A stretch of DNA of 64,000 nucleotides, from NCBI RefSeq assembly GCF_042231085.1, contig NZ_CP102579.1; one strand, given 5' to 3'. Positions 45,259 to 56,398 of the stretch are shown piece by piece. The notes under the pieces are model-generated. The model was given only the letters and a program-made list of their open reading frames with translations, was not told where the DNA came from and did no database searches. The position numbers were made by a program, and so were the translations under genes. This DNA is from Corallococcus interemptor (GTDB taxonomy: Bacteria > Myxococcota > Myxococcia > Myxococcales > Myxococcaceae). Positions within the stretch are counted from its first letter, which is position 1. Each line of letters begins with the position of its first letter.

Positions 45259-47021
45259 CCACCGTGCACTCCAGCTCCCGAAGGCTCATCGGGCTCCTGT
45301 TGGCGCTGCTGCCTTTCCATGTCGGCGCTGTCCCCATGTCTGCGGAGGCGTTGGTGGGCATCTGGGGCAGTGAGCGTATTCTTGGGCCCCAGGTTCAGGG
45401 TGAGCTGACGCTGGTCCGGCATGGGGACACCTGGCGCGCGCGCATCGGCGGATTCGATGTTCCTGCCCGGTTCGAGGGCTGCAAGGTGTCCGTCGTCTTC
45501 CCAGGAGGAGAACTCCGAGCGACGTTGATGGAGAACAGTCAGAGCATCACGGGTCACTGGATCCAACCGCGTGTGCTCATGAGCGGCATGAAGTTCGCCT
45601 CTCCCGTGGAACTGCGCGCGCTCCAGCCGGGTGTCTGGCGCGGCAACGTGGCTCCGCTGGAGGACCGGTTCTCGCTGTATCTTGTCGTCCAGAAGCAGCC
45701 TGACGGCTCCGTGACGGCGTTCATTCGCAACCCGGAGCGGAACTTCGGCAACCGGATGCTGTTCCGTGTGGAGCTTCAGGACCGCACGGTCCGGCTCACG
45801 GACACCAAGAGTGACACCCAGATTGAAGGCACGTTCGACGAGCAGTCCGGACGGCTGTCTCTCCCCTACCCTCCCTTTGACACGAGCTTCGACTTCACTC
45901 GTCGGGACCGCTCGCAGGCCGTGGGGCTCTACTCCCGCACTCCTGCTCCTGGCCCCTACGCCTACCAGAAGCCCATCGCGGAGGACGATGGCTGGACCAC
46001 GGCCTCCCCTGCGGACGTCGGCATGGACGTCCAGCCGCTCCAGCAGCTCGTGCAGCGCATCCTCGACCAGGAACCGAGCCCGGAGTCCGTGCCCGCCATC
46101 CAGGGCCTGCTCATCGCGCGCCACGGAAAGCTCATCGTCGAAGAGTACTTCCAGGGCTTCGACAAGGAGCGTCCCCACGACCTGCGGTCCTCCTCCAAGT
46201 CCTATGCGTCCCTGCTCATCGGCATCGCCCTGGACCAGGGCGCCCCGTTCACCGTGGACACGCCCGTCGTCTCACTCTTCCCTGAGTACAAGGGCAAGCT
46301 CTCCAACCTGGACGCTCGCAAGCGCAAGGTCACCGTCGCGCACCTGATGACCATGGCGACGGGCCTGGCCTGTGACGACGACAATCCAGAGTCACCCGGC
46401 AACGAGGACCGGCTCGAGGACTCCGTACCGGATTGGTACAAGTACACGCTGGACCTCCCCATGGTCCGCGCTCCCGGCGGCGGGAAGGCCGTGTACTGCT
46501 CCGCGAACATCAACCTCCTCGGCGGCGTCCTCCGCAACACCACCCGTACCTGGATCCCCGAGTTCTTCACGAAGAACGTCGCCACGCCCCTCCAGATGCG
46601 CGGCTACCACCTGGACCTCATGCCCGATGGTGAGCAGTACCTGGGCGGCGGCATCTACATGCGCCCTCGTGATGCCCTGAAGCTCGGGCAGCTCTACCTC
46701 TCCGGCGGCACCTGGAACGGGAAGCGCGTGGTCAGCCAGCGCTGGGTGGAACGCTCCGTCGCGAAACAGGCGACGATGCCGGACGGACGGACCTATGGCT
46801 ACACGTGGTGGCGCCACGAGCTGCGCGTCGGTGGCCGGGTGTATTCACAGTACGAAGCCAGCGGGAACGGTGGCCAGCTCGTGATGGTCGTCCCGGAGCT
46901 GGACCTCGTCGTGCTCTTCACCGCCGGCAACTACAACCACGTCTCCCTCTGGCGGAAGTTCCGCGAGGAACTCCTGCCCCGGTACATCATGGCCGCGGTC
47001 TCCCCTCCCCCGCGGCCCTGA
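45243..47021 (+). CDS. secreted serine hydrolase, beta-lactamase/PBP-like (class C-like fold)
   Basis: Signal peptide. S-x-x-K motif SSSKSY. ~590 aa with N-terminal extra domain. Confidence 0.8.
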   Translation: MNLHASTVHSSSRRLIGLLLALLPFHVGAVPMSAEALVGIWGSERILGPQVQGELTLVRHGDTWRARIGGFDVPARFEGCKVSVVFPGGELRATLMENSQSITGHWIQPRVLMSGMKFASPVELRALQPGVWRGNVAPLEDRFSLYLVVQKQPDGSVTAFIRNPERNFGNRMLFRVELQDRTVRLTDTKSDTQIEGTFDEQSGRLSLPYPPFDTSFDFTRRDRSQAVGLYSRTPAPGPYAYQKPIAEDDGWTTASPADVGMDVQPLQQLVQRILDQEPSPESVPAIQGLLIARHGKLIVEEYFQGFDKERPHDLRSSSKSYASLLIGIALDQGAPFTVDTPVVSLFPEYKGKLSNLDARKRKVTVAHLMTMATGLACDDDNPESPGNEDRLEDSVPDWYKYTLDLPMVRAPGGGKAVYCSANINLLGGVLRNTTRTWIPEFFTKNVATPLQMRGYHLDLMPDGEQYLGGGIYMRPRDALKLGQLYLSGGTWNGKRVVSQRWVERSVAKQATMPDGRTYGYTWWRHELRVGGRVYSQYEASGNGGQLVMVVPELDLVVLFTAGNYNHVSLWRKFREELLPRYIMAAVSPPPRP

Positions 47022-47028
47022 GCCGCGC

Positions 47029-47688
47029 TCAATCGCGGTCCGGCGCTCCTAGCGGGAAGAGATGCCGATACGGCCGGCCCCCGTCCACCGCGCGGGCCAC
47101 CGACGGACGCGCGAGCAACCTCGCGCGATAGGCGCGCAGTTGGGGACACGACTCGGGAATCCGGTGCGTCCAGTCCGCGTAGAACAGCGACGGCGCCGCC
47201 GCACAGTCCGCCAACGTGAAGTCGTTGCCCGCCGCCCAGGTCCGGCCACCCAACTGCCCTTCAATCCAGCCGTAGGCGCGCTCCAGCTTCTCCACCGCCA
47301 GCTTCATCCCGTCCTGGCGCGTCACCGGGTCCCCCGTCAACGCCCCGTCCACGGCGTGCTGGGCCGCGTTCATGACGTGCAGGTCGAAGAACCGGTCGAG
47401 GAACCGCACGTCCAGCGCGGCCATCGGGTCCTCCGGCAGCAGGCGCACCGGCCCGGGATGCTTGAGCTGGAGGTACTCGATGATGATGCTCGTCTCGACG
47501 ACCTGACGGTCACCGTCCACCAGCAGCGGGAACTTGCGCAGCGGCCAGCGGCGCAGCCACTCGGCTGAGTGCTCCGGCGTCTCCGGGCTGATGCTTCGAA
47601 ACTCGAAGGGTGTTCCGTTCTCATACAGCGCGATGAGCACCTTCTGCGTGTACGAAGAGAAATAGTGACCGTAGACCGCGAGCGACAT
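47029..47688 (-). CDS. glutathione S-transferase
   Basis: N-terminal thioredoxin-like GST domain (VYGHYFSSYTQKVLIAL...). C-terminal helical domain. Confidence 0.85.
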   Translation of the reverse strand: MSLAVYGHYFSSYTQKVLIALYENGTPFEFRSISPETPEHSAEWLRRWPLRKFPLLVDGDRQVVETSIIIEYLQLKHPGPVRLLPEDPMAALDVRFLDRFFDLHVMNAAQHAVDGALTGDPVTRQDGMKLAVEKLERAYGWIEGQLGGRTWAAGNDFTLADCAAAPSLFYADWTHRIPESCPQLRAYRARLLARPSVARAVDGGRPYRHLFPLGAPDRD

Positions 47689-47772
47689 CGTCCGCCCCCT
47701 TGCGTTTCACAACGAGTTGAACCGTATTTCGACCCCTTGCATACTGCAAGCAGCATCCCCAGGAGCACGGCC

Positions 47773-48270
47773 ATGCCGCAGACAGGGCGCTCCGGCTGCC
47801 CCATCAACCTGACGCTCGAACAGCTCGGCGACCGCTGGAGCCTGATCGTCATCCGCGACGTCATGTTCGGGAACCGGCGCAGCTACGGCGACCTGCTCTC
47901 CCGGAGCGAGGAGGGCATCGCCTCCAACATCCTCGCGGACCGGCTGAAGCGCCTGACCGCGTCCGGACTGCTGTCGCGCCGCCCGGATCCGAACCACCAG
48001 CAGAAAGGCATCTACAGCCTCACGGAGGCGTCCATCCAATTGGTGCCCCTGCTCGCGCACATGGGCGCCTGGGGCCGCCGGCACACGCAGGTGACCGAGG
48101 AGCTTTCGGTGCGCGCGGAGCTGCTTGAAAAGGGCGGCCCGCCCCTCTGGAACGCGTTCATGGCGGAGCTGCGCCACCTGCACCTGGACGCGCCGCGCCC
48201 TTCCCGCTCGGTGTTCCGGGAGCTTCAGGCCGCCTATGAGAAAGCCATCGCACGCAAGGCCCGGGACTGA
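47773..48270 (+). CDS. HxlR-family transcriptional regulator
   Basis: CPINLTLEQLGDRWSLIVIRDV...RSYGDLL...EGIASNILADRLKRLTASGLLSR. Divergent from the GST gene. Confidence 0.85.
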   Translation: MPQTGRSGCPINLTLEQLGDRWSLIVIRDVMFGNRRSYGDLLSRSEEGIASNILADRLKRLTASGLLSRRPDPNHQQKGIYSLTEASIQLVPLLAHMGAWGRRHTQVTEELSVRAELLEKGGPPLWNAFMAELRHLHLDAPRPSRSVFRELQAAYEKAIARKARD

Positions 48271-48302
48271 GGGCCCTGAAGCGGGTAGCGTTCACCGCGC
48301 TC

Positions 48303-48923
48303 ATGAAAGTCCTCGGCGGTTGGATGTTCATCCTGATGTGCGCGCTGTGGCTCCCCGCCTGCGGTCCCTATGACTGCACCCCGGAGAACTGCGCGGACGG
48401 GTGCTGCTCCTCGTTCAACGAGTGCATCTCGTTCCGGAGCGACTCGGAATGCGGCCCCGATGGCAGCGTCTGTGAACCCTGCGCGGAGGGCAGCGTCTGC
48501 CGGCTCGACCAGCACACCTGCTACGTGGGCGTGATGCGCACCTTCATCCAGCCCCGGTACGCCACCATCGCGGACGCCGACCCGGACACGGGCGAGGACT
48601 GGGACTCCGACGGCTCCCCGCCGGACGTCGTCGTGGAGATGAACTGCCCCTCCGCTCCCGAACGCACCCGCACCGAGGAAAGCGAGAGCTGGGATCCCGA
48701 ATGGCGCACCGGCGGCTGCCAGATCATCACCTCCAACCTGCTGCGCTACCCGCTCGAAATCTCCATCTTCGACAACGACAACTACACCTTCGATGACGAG
48801 TTCGGCGGCCTCTCCTACCAGGTCACCCACGGCGACCTGAACCGGGGCCGCATCGAGCTCTCCATCCCGCCCATCGTGAAGACGCTCGTCTTCGAACTGA
48901 GCCACAACTACGCGCCGCGCTGA
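48303..48923 (+). CDS. Cys-rich secreted lipoprotein (paralog of 43575..44234)
   Basis: LPACGPYDC. CTPENCADGCCSSFNEC...CEPCAEGSVC. DWDSDGSPPDVVVEMNCPS. Confidence 0.7.
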   Translation: MKVLGGWMFILMCALWLPACGPYDCTPENCADGCCSSFNECISFRSDSECGPDGSVCEPCAEGSVCRLDQHTCYVGVMRTFIQPRYATIADADPDTGEDWDSDGSPPDVVVEMNCPSAPERTRTEESESWDPEWRTGGCQIITSNLLRYPLEISIFDNDNYTFDDEFGGLSYQVTHGDLNRGRIELSIPPIVKTLVFELSHNYAPR

Positions 48924-48971
48924 GCCGGGCCCGGCTGTAACCGCCCCCTCGCCCCCGGCGTAGTCCTGGCC

Positions 48972-49457
48972 ATGCGCGCCCACCTCCTGCCGCTCATGGT
49001 CCTGTTCTCCACCGCCTGCGGCCCCTCCTCCTCCGTGGACGAGGGCCTCGGCGTCGTCCAGGGCATCGACACGTCCGAGACCGGCATCACCGCCTTCGTT
49101 CGCTCGGGCCAGTACACCTCCTGGCTCGCGGAGCCCTCGGTCCACGACACACGCGCGCCCCACGGCAGCAAGGTCCGCGTGTTCTTCAACGACGTCGTCG
49201 CGCGTTCGCTCCGCGACGGCAACGCCACGCATCCCGTGGGCAGCATCCTGGTGAAGGAGCTCTTCGAGGACGACGGGAAGACGCTCCGGGGCCACGCGCT
49301 GGACGTGAAGGTCGCGGAAGGCCCCGGCAAGGACACCTGGCTCTTCTACGAGGGCTTCGGCCCCGACTACACCCGGAACTACTACGGCCGCGCCCACTCG
49401 ACCTGTCACGGCTGCCACTCCGACGGGGTGGACTACGTCACCTCCCCCCTGCCGTGA
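48972..49457 (+). CDS. small lipoprotein with C-terminal CXXCH haem-binding motif (cytochrome P460-like?)
   Basis: Lipobox LFSTACG. ...HSTCHGCHSDGVDY contains CHGCH. Confidence 0.55.
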   Translation: MRAHLLPLMVLFSTACGPSSSVDEGLGVVQGIDTSETGITAFVRSGQYTSWLAEPSVHDTRAPHGSKVRVFFNDVVARSLRDGNATHPVGSILVKELFEDDGKTLRGHALDVKVAEGPGKDTWLFYEGFGPDYTRNYYGRAHSTCHGCHSDGVDYVTSPLP

Positions 49458-49511
49458 AAATGACGACGGGCGGCCCCCTTTCGAGGACCGCCCGCAAATG
49501 GACGACACGGC

Positions 49512-50573
49512 CTACCGCGCGGCGGACCTGCGGCGCATCAGGAACACGCCCAGGCCCACGCCCGCCGCCCACTTCGCCGCGGCGGCCAGCGGCGTCTTGC
49601 TCAGCGCCACCGGGCGGCTCTCGTAGCGCGGCTCGGGCGGGATGGGACGGAAGTCCGTGGCGCCGGGCAGGCTCGCGCCCCGCTCCTCCGCCTCCGACTT
49701 CGTCACGTTCGGTCCCGGCGCGTTCGGGTCTCGCGCGCCCGGCGACTTCCCTTCCGGCGACTTGTGCTCGAGGATGCCGTTGATCTCCGCGCCCAGCAGC
49801 ACGACCATGCAGGAGATCTGCATCCACAGCAGCATCACGATGACACCGCCGATGGCGCCGTAGTTCACGTCGTACGAGCCGAAGTTCGACACGTACTTCG
49901 AGAAGCCCCACGAGGCGATGACCCAGATGATCACGCTCACCACCGACCCCGGGGTGATGAACTTGAACTTCTGCTTCACGTCCGGCAGCACGTAGTACAG
50001 CACCGCCAGGAGCAGCATCATCAGCAGGCCCGCAACCGGCATGCGCAGCCACAGCACGATGCTGGTGAACGGCTCGCCCAGCTTGTTCGCGATGGCCGGC
50101 GTCACGATGGCGACCAGCGCCGCCAGCACCACCGTCACCGCCGTCCCCAGCGTCGTCAGGAGCGCGATGCCGCGCTTCTTCCAGAACGGGCGCTTCTCCG
50201 TCACGCCGTAGACCGTGTTGAGCGCCTCCATCAGCGCCACCACACCGCCCGACGCCGCCCAGATGGCGCCCACGCCGCCGATGGTCAGGAGCCCCACCGG
50301 GTTGCTGCTCGCCAGCGCCTCCAGGCGCTCGCCGAGGATCTTCGTCACCTCCTGCGGCGCCACCTTCGACAGCTCCTGGATGAGCTGCTGCGCCTGGTGC
50401 GGGTCAATCAGCACGCCCGCGAGCGACACGAGGAACAGCAAGAACGGGAAGAGCGCGAGGATGCTCTGGAACGTCAGCGCCCCCGCGACGTTGCCCACGT
50501 TGTCGCGCCCCCACTCGTCCTTGAGGGACTTGAAGAACTCCTTCCAACTCATTCCCCTGCCGGGCAGGACCAT
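49512..50573 (-). CDS. YihY/BrkB-family inner-membrane protein
   Basis: ...GNVAGALTFQSILALFPFLLFLVSLAG...; six TM segments. Start may be M8 (50552). Confidence 0.85.
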   Translation of the reverse strand: MVLPGRGMSWKEFFKSLKDEWGRDNVGNVAGALTFQSILALFPFLLFLVSLAGVLIDPHQAQQLIQELSKVAPQEVTKILGERLEALASSNPVGLLTIGGVGAIWAASGGVVALMEALNTVYGVTEKRPFWKKRGIALLTTLGTAVTVVLAALVAIVTPAIANKLGEPFTSIVLWLRMPVAGLLMMLLLAVLYYVLPDVKQKFKFITPGSVVSVIIWVIASWGFSKYVSNFGSYDVNYGAIGGVIVMLLWMQISCMVVLLGAEINGILEHKSPEGKSPGARDPNAPGPNVTKSEAEERGASLPGATDFRPIPPEPRYESRPVALSKTPLAAAAKWAAGVGLGVFLMRRRSAAR

Positions 50574-50719
50574 GCGTCTCCTCCTTGGAGGAGATTGGGC
50601 ATTCCCTCCCCCGGCTGGCTTCCACCCCCGGGACGAGGCCCGCCCCCCTGCCTGCTCACCGCGCAGGAGGCGGGGAATGGCAAGCCCCCCACGCCACGCC
50701 TGCCCAGCCGCCTTTCGCG

Positions 50720-51265
50720 TCAGAAGACGGGCAGCACGGGCGCGTCCTTCAGCCGGGGCGCGCGCTGATCCTTGGGCGAGAGCAGGGGCTCCTTCACGGG
50801 CCAGGGGATGGCCAGGTCCGGATCATTCCAGACCACGCTGCGCTCGGACTCCGGGGAGTACAGCGCCGTGCACTTGTAGAAGAAGTCCGCCGAGTCACTC
50901 ACCACGCAGAACCCATGCGCGAAGCCCGCCGGCACCCAGAGCTGGTGCTTGTTCTCGCCCGTCAGCTCCGCGGCCACCCAGCGGCCGAACGTGGGCGACC
51001 CCTTGCGGATGTCCACCGCCACGTCCCACACCGCGCCCGCCAGGCACTGCACCAGCTTGCCCTGCGCGTTCGGCTCCTGGAAGTGCAGCCCTCGCAGCGT
51101 GCCCTTCACCGAGCGCGACAGGTTGTCCTGCACGAACGGACCCACGACGCCCACGTCCGCGTAGCGCTTCGCGTGGAAGGACTCGAGGAAGAAGCCCCGG
51201 TCGTCGCCGAACACCTTCGGCTCGATGAGCAGGACGTCCGGAATCGCCAGCGGGGTGACCTTCAC
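50720..51265 (-). CDS. rfbC: dTDP-4-dehydrorhamnose 3,5-epimerase
   Basis: GTG start overlapping rfbA stop (GTGA). [26 protein letters not shown]... Confidence 0.9.
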   Translation of the reverse strand: MKVTPLAIPDVLLIEPKVFGDDRGFFLESFHAKRYADVGVVGPFVQDNLSRSVKGTLRGLHFQEPNAQGKLVQCLAGAVWDVAVDIRKGSPTFGRWVAAELTGENKHQLWVPAGFAHGFCVVSDSADFFYKCTALYSPESERSVVWNDPDLAIPWPVKEPLLSPKDQRAPRLKDAPVLPVF

Positions 51266-52143
51266 GACACCGCCCCCCGCTTCTCCACCAGGTCCAACAG
51301 GTACTGGCCGTATTCGTTCTTGCGCATGGGCTCCGCCAGCGCCGTCAGCCGCTGCTCGTCGATGTAGCCCATGCGGAAGGCGATCTCCTCCGGACAGGCC
51401 ACCTTGAGGCCCTGACGGCGCTCGATGATCTCGATGTAGTTGGAGGCCTGCATCAGCGACTCGTGCGTGCCGGTGTCCAGCCACGCATAGCCGCGTCCCA
51501 TCAGCTCCACGTTGAGCTGCCCGCGGCGCAGGTACTCCGCGTTGACGTCGGTGATTTCGTACTCGCCGCGCTTGCCCGGCTTGAGGTTCGCCGCGATGTC
51601 GATGACCTGGTTGTCGTAGAAGTACAGGCCCGTGACGGCGTAGTGCGACTTGGGCTTCGCCGGCTTCTCCTCGATGCTGACGGCCTTGTGCTGGGCGTTG
51701 AGCTCCACCACGCCGTAGCGCTCCGGATCCTTCACGTAGTAGCCGAACACCGTGGCGCCCTGCGTGCGCTTCGACGCGCGCTGCGTGAGCTCCCCCATGC
51801 CGTGGCCGTAGAAGATGTTGTCACCCAGGATGAGCGACACCGGATCCTTGCCCACGAAGTCCCGGCCGATGACGAACGCCTGCGCCAGGCCCTCCGGGCG
51901 CGGCTGCTCGGCGTACTGGAGGCGGATGCCCCACTGCTCCCCGTCGCCCAGCAGCTCGCGGAAGCGCGGCAGGTCCTGCGGCGTGGAGATGACGAGGATC
52001 TCCCGGATGCCCGCCAGCATCAGCGTCGTCAGCGGGTAGTAGATCATCGGCTTGTCGTAGACGGGCAGCAGTTGCTTGCTCACCACGCGCGTCAGCGGGT
52101 ACAGGCGCGTGCCCGAACCCCCGGCCAGAATGATTCCCTTCAT
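51262..52143 (-). CDS. rfbA: glucose-1-phosphate thymidylyltransferase
   Basis: [18 protein letters not shown]... Confidence 0.9.
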   Translation of the reverse strand: MKGIILAGGSGTRLYPLTRVVSKQLLPVYDKPMIYYPLTTLMLAGIREILVISTPQDLPRFRELLGDGEQWGIRLQYAEQPRPEGLAQAFVIGRDFVGKDPVSLILGDNIFYGHGMGELTQRASKRTQGATVFGYYVKDPERYGVVELNAQHKAVSIEEKPAKPKSHYAVTGLYFYDNQVIDIAANLKPGKRGEYEITDVNAEYLRRGQLNVELMGRGYAWLDTGTHESLMQASNYIEIIERRQGLKVACPEEIAFRMGYIDEQRLTALAEPMRKNEYGQYLLDLVEKRGAVS

Positions 52144-52214
52144 GCGTGCTCCCCTGTGTTCCACGGCGCGGCCGCGAAACGGATGCGCGCGGCCCGGCCG
52201 CCACGCGCGGATGC

Positions 52215-53114
52215 TCAACCGGCGCGGTGCGCCTTCCAGGCCGCGTGGAAGCGCGCCAGGGACTCCGCCAGCTCCAGCGGTTGGGCCTTCAGCTCCGTAC
52301 GAACCTTGTCCGTCTTGAGGCCGCTTCGCAGCGGGCGGGGGCTGGCCAGCTTCAGGTCCGCCATCCGCGTGGGGGTGATGAGCGACGCGTCGAAGCCGAA
52401 CACCTCGCAGAGCGCCCGGCCGAAGCCCACCCGGTCGATGACCGTGCCGCCGCAGGTGTTCCACACGCCGCCGAGCCGCCGCTCGCCCAGCTCCACCAGC
52501 ATGGCGGCCACGCTGTCCGCGAAGCTGGGGGACACCACCTGGTCCTCGAAGAGCTTCACCGGCTGGCCCTTCTCCAGCGCCCCCACCAGCCAGGCCCCGA
52601 AGTTGGGGCGTCCCGCCGCGGGCCAGCCGTACACCACCGCGGTGCGCGCGATGGCGCAGCCCGGCACGAAGACGCGCGCCGCCTGCTCCGCCATGTGCTT
52701 GGTCAGCGCGTAGACGCCGCGCGGGTTGGGCAGCGCGTCCTCCGAATAGGGCCCCGCGTCCCCGTCGAAGACGTAGTCCGTGGAGACGTGCACCAGGTGC
52801 GCGCCCGCCGCCTTCGCCGCGCGGGCCACCGCCGCCGTGGCGTGGACGTTCGCCGCGTAGGCCGCGTCCGGGTCCTTCTCACACGCGTCCACCTCCGTCA
52901 TGGAGGCGGGGTGGATGATGGCCTCCGGACGGGCCTGGGCGATGGCCGCAGCCACGTCCTGCTCGCGCGTGAGGTCCACCTCCACGTAGCCGTGCGTGCC
53001 ACCCGTGCGCCGGGGCCCGCGCCCCAGGCCCACGACTTCGTGTCCGCGCTCGGTCAACTGCGCGCAGACGCGGCTGCCCACCAGGCCGTTGGCCCCCGTG
53101 ACGACGAAGCGCAT
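52215..53114 (-). CDS. rfbD: dTDP-4-dehydrorhamnose reductase
   Basis: [16 protein letters not shown]... Rossmann motif. Sits between rfbB and rfbA. Confidence 0.85.
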   Translation of the reverse strand: MRFVVTGANGLVGSRVCAQLTERGHEVVGLGRGPRRTGGTHGYVEVDLTREQDVAAAIAQARPEAIIHPASMTEVDACEKDPDAAYAANVHATAAVARAAKAAGAHLVHVSTDYVFDGDAGPYSEDALPNPRGVYALTKHMAEQAARVFVPGCAIARTAVVYGWPAAGRPNFGAWLVGALEKGQPVKLFEDQVVSPSFADSVAAMLVELGERRLGGVWNTCGGTVIDRVGFGRALCEVFGFDASLITPTRMADLKLASPRPLRSGLKTDKVRTELKAQPLELAESLARFHAAWKAHRAG

Positions 53115-53118
53115 GGCG

Positions 53119-54145
53119 CTAACCCCGCCCCTGCAGACGGGCCTTGTACTGGGTGTCGAAGTACTGGCGGTAGGCGCCGCTGGTGACGCGCTCCCACCAG
53201 GCGCGGTGCTCCACGTACCAGGTCACCGTCTCCGCCAGCCCCTGCTCGAAGGTGTGCTTCGGCTGATAGCCCAGCTCCGTGCGGATCTTCGTGGGGTCGA
53301 TGGCGTAGCGCCGGTCATGGCCCGGACGGTCCGCCACGTATTGGATGAGCGACTCGGGCTTGTTGAGCAGGCCCAGGATGCCCTTGACGATCTCGATGTT
53401 GCGCCGCTCGGAGCCGCCGCCGATGTTGTAGACCTCGCCCGCGCGGCCCTTCTCCAGCGCCACCAGCAGGCCCTGGCAGTGGTCCTCCACGTGGAGCCAG
53501 TCGCGCACGTTGGCGCCGTCGCCGTAGACGGGCAGCGGCTTGTCGTGCAGCGCGTTCACCACCATCAGCGGGATGAGCTTCTCCGGGAACTGGTAGCGGC
53601 CGTAGTTGTTCGAGCAACGCGTCACCACCACGTCCATCTTGAACGTGTGGTGGTAGGCCAGCGCGATGAGGTCCGAGGACGTCTTGGAGGCGGAGTACGG
53701 GCTGGAGGGCTGCAGCGGAGAGGTCTCCGTGAAGGCGCCCGTGGGGCCCAGCGAGCCGTAGACCTCGTCGGTGGAGACCATCAGGAAGCGCTTCACGCCC
53801 CGGGCGCGGCAGGCCTCCAGGAGCTGCTGGGTGCCCAGCACGTTGGTGTTGATGAACACCTCCGGGCCCAGGATGGAGCGGTCCACGTGGCTCTCGGCCG
53901 CCAGGTGCATCACGGCGTCGACGCCGTGCTGGACGAGCAGGTGCTCCACCAGCTCCCGGTTGCCGATGTCGCCGCGCACGAAGACGTGCTTCGGGTCGCC
54001 TTCCAGGTCGGCGAGGGTCTCGAGGTTGCCCGCGTACGTGAGCTTGTCGAGGTTGATGATCTTCCAGTCGGGCCGCTCGCGGCGGAGGTACTTCACCAGG
54101 TTGGAGCCGATGAAGCCGCAGCCCCCTGTCACCAGGACGTTCATT
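53119..54145 (-). CDS. rfbB: dTDP-glucose 4,6-dehydratase
   Basis: MNVLVTGGCGFIGSN...YSASK catalytic motif. Start cat 54143-54145. Confidence 0.9.
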
Positions 54146-54258
54146 GACACGCCACCACTCGTACGTCGGGAGAAAGCGCCCTCCGTAGCGGAGGGACGGA
54201 TCCCCGTCAAGGCAAGCGCGCGACCACTTGTGGCCGGTCCGGGCCAGGGGTAAATGCC

Positions 54259-55905
54259 TTGCCCAACGTGAGCCTCTGGAACAGCAAGCGAGGGACCGCG
54301 TCCTCGAGCGCCGGAGCGGTCCACCAGCTCGTGCCGCGGCTGGCCTGGGGCGACGCCGTGGGCAACCAGGTGCGCTACCTGCGCGACCTGCTGCGCGGGT
54401 GGGGGTACGCGTCGGAGATCTACGCGGAGCAGTGGGACGAGGCGTGCCGCGACGAGGTGCGCCCCGCCCTGGACTACGCCCGCGACGCGGGCCGGGACAC
54501 CGCGCTGCTCGTCCACCACAGCTTCGAGTCGAGGCTGGTGCCGCTGGTGGCCAAGGCCAAGGGGCGCAAGGCGCTGCTGTACCACAACGTCACGCCCGAG
54601 CGGTTCTTCGAGGGCACGGACCGCCACGTCGCCCGAGGCTGCATGCTGGCGCGCGAGGAGCTGCTCCAGCTCCGCGAGCACGTGACGCACGCCTGGGCCT
54701 ACTCGCACTTCAGCGTGGAGGAGCTGTCCGCCGCGGGCTACCCGGACGCGAGCGTCCTGCCCTTCGCGGTGGACTGGAACGCGTTCAACGTGGCGCCGGA
54801 CGCGGCCCTGCGCGAGCAGATGGCGGACGGGTGCGCCAACGTGCTCTTCGTGGGCCGCACCGTGCCCAGCAAGCGGCTGGAGGACGTGCTGCGCGTCTTC
54901 ACCGCCTACCAGCGGCTGTACCAGCCCCGGAGCCGGCTGCTGGTGGCGGGGACGCTCTACAGCAGCGCGCCCTATGACGCGTCCGTGCTGGCGCTGCGCG
55001 AGCAACTGGGCCCGGATCGCGTGGTGTTCCTGGGGCGGGTGGACGCCGCCCAGTTGTCCGCGTGCTTCGCCTCCGCCACCGCGTACCTCTCCATGAGCCG
55101 CCACGAGGGCTTCGGCGTGCCGCTGCTGGAGGCCATGTACCGGGGCGTGCCGGTGGTGGCCTACGGCGCCGCGGCGGTGCCGGAGACCATGGGCGGCGCG
55201 GGCCTCACCACCCTGTCGGACGACCCCGCGCAGGTGGCGGGGCTGCTGGCGGTGCTGGAGCGCGACCCCGCCCTGCGCTCGCGGGTGGTGGAGGCGCAGC
55301 GCCAGCGTCTGGCGTCCCTGGACCAGCAGGCCGTGGCCCAGCGCGTGCGCGAGGCGCTCACGCCCTTCCTCCAGGGCGCCGCGCCCCACGCCCGCCCTCC
55401 CGCCGGACCCGCCGCCACCGTCGTGTGCCCGGGCTTCGACGCCGCGCCGGACGCGCCCATGTCCCGGCTGGCGCGCGCGGTGGTGGACCGGCTGCCGGAC
55501 GCGAGCCTGTGGACGGTGCGCCGGCAGGTGCTGCCCCTCCAGTTGGCCCCGCGCGACGAGCACGAGGGCGTGACGCGGGTGCGGCGCTTCACGCCGGACG
55601 AGCCCTCCTTCGGGTTGGAGGGGGTCAGCCCGCCGTCGTCGTCGCTGGAGACGGGCGTGCGGTGCGCCTCCGGGCCGCTGCTGTTCGCGGGCGCCGGGGA
55701 GGAGGTCGCCCGGAGGACCGTGTCGCGGCTGCCGCCGGAGGCGTGCGTCGCGGGCGTCTGGGAGGCCCGCCGCGCGCCGGACGCGGGCGTCAAGCAGGTC
55801 CTGGGAAAGAAGCTGTGGGAGCTCACCCCGGGGCGCGACCTGGTGTCGCTCGCGGCGGAGCTGGCGAGGGAGCTGGACGTGGGAGGACACCCGCATGCGC
55901 GCTGA
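54259..55905 (+). CDS. glycosyltransferase family 1 (GT4-like)
   Basis: ...SRHEGFGVPLLEAMYRGVPVVA... EX7E motif. Divergent from rfbB. Confidence 0.8.
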   Translation: MPNVSLWNSKRGTASSSAGAVHQLVPRLAWGDAVGNQVRYLRDLLRGWGYASEIYAEQWDEACRDEVRPALDYARDAGRDTALLVHHSFESRLVPLVAKAKGRKALLYHNVTPERFFEGTDRHVARGCMLAREELLQLREHVTHAWAYSHFSVEELSAAGYPDASVLPFAVDWNAFNVAPDAALREQMADGCANVLFVGRTVPSKRLEDVLRVFTAYQRLYQPRSRLLVAGTLYSSAPYDASVLALREQLGPDRVVFLGRVDAAQLSACFASATAYLSMSRHEGFGVPLLEAMYRGVPVVAYGAAAVPETMGGAGLTTLSDDPAQVAGLLAVLERDPALRSRVVEAQRQRLASLDQQAVAQRVREALTPFLQGAAPHARPPAGPAATVVCPGFDAAPDAPMSRLARAVVDRLPDASLWTVRRQVLPLQLAPRDEHEGVTRVRRFTPDEPSFGLEGVSPPSSSLETGVRCASGPLLFAGAGEEVARRTVSRLPPEACVAGVWEARRAPDAGVKQVLGKKLWELTPGRDLVSLAAELARELDVGGHPHAR

Positions 55906-56398
55906 GGACCTCATCACCCGCGACCCCACGGTGGAGGCGGTGCTGGAGTCCCTGGCGCGGCTGCCCACGCCGGAGCCCGAGAAGGTGGAGGCGCTGCGCC
56001 GGCGCCTCGCCGCCACCCAGGCCCCGGCCATCAACGCCGCGTGGCCCCCGTTCCTGGAGGGCGCGCGGCTGAAGCGCGACGCGCGCTACGCGGATCCGCC
56101 TTCATCCCACCGGCCCCTGGTGGGGCCCGCGCTGGTGATGGCCAAGCGCGCCTTCCGGCTGGCGTTCCAGCCCTTCATCAACGAGGCGCTCCGGCGGCAG
56201 GTGGAGTTCAACGAGGCCATCCTGGACGCGCTCGCGCTCATCCACGAGCACCAGCGCGTCCAGGCGCGCACGCAGTCCCTGTGGCGCCAGGAGGTGGAGC
56301 GCCAGTTGGAGCAGTTGCTGTCGCGCCTGCCTCCGCCCCCACAGGAGCCCCCGAAGGAGCCGCCGCGCCGCGCGCCCTCGCGGCGCCGGGGCCGCTGA
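55895..56398 (+). CDS. hypothetical protein (167 aa), start overlaps GT1 stop
   Basis: ATGCGCGCTGA overlap. No recognisable domain. Confidence 0.45.
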   Translation: MRAEDLITRDPTVEAVLESLARLPTPEPEKVEALRRRLAATQAPAINAAWPPFLEGARLKRDARYADPPSSHRPLVGPALVMAKRAFRLAFQPFINEALRRQVEFNEAILDALALIHEHQRVQARTQSLWRQEVERQLEQLLSRLPPPPQEPPKEPPRRAPSRRRGR

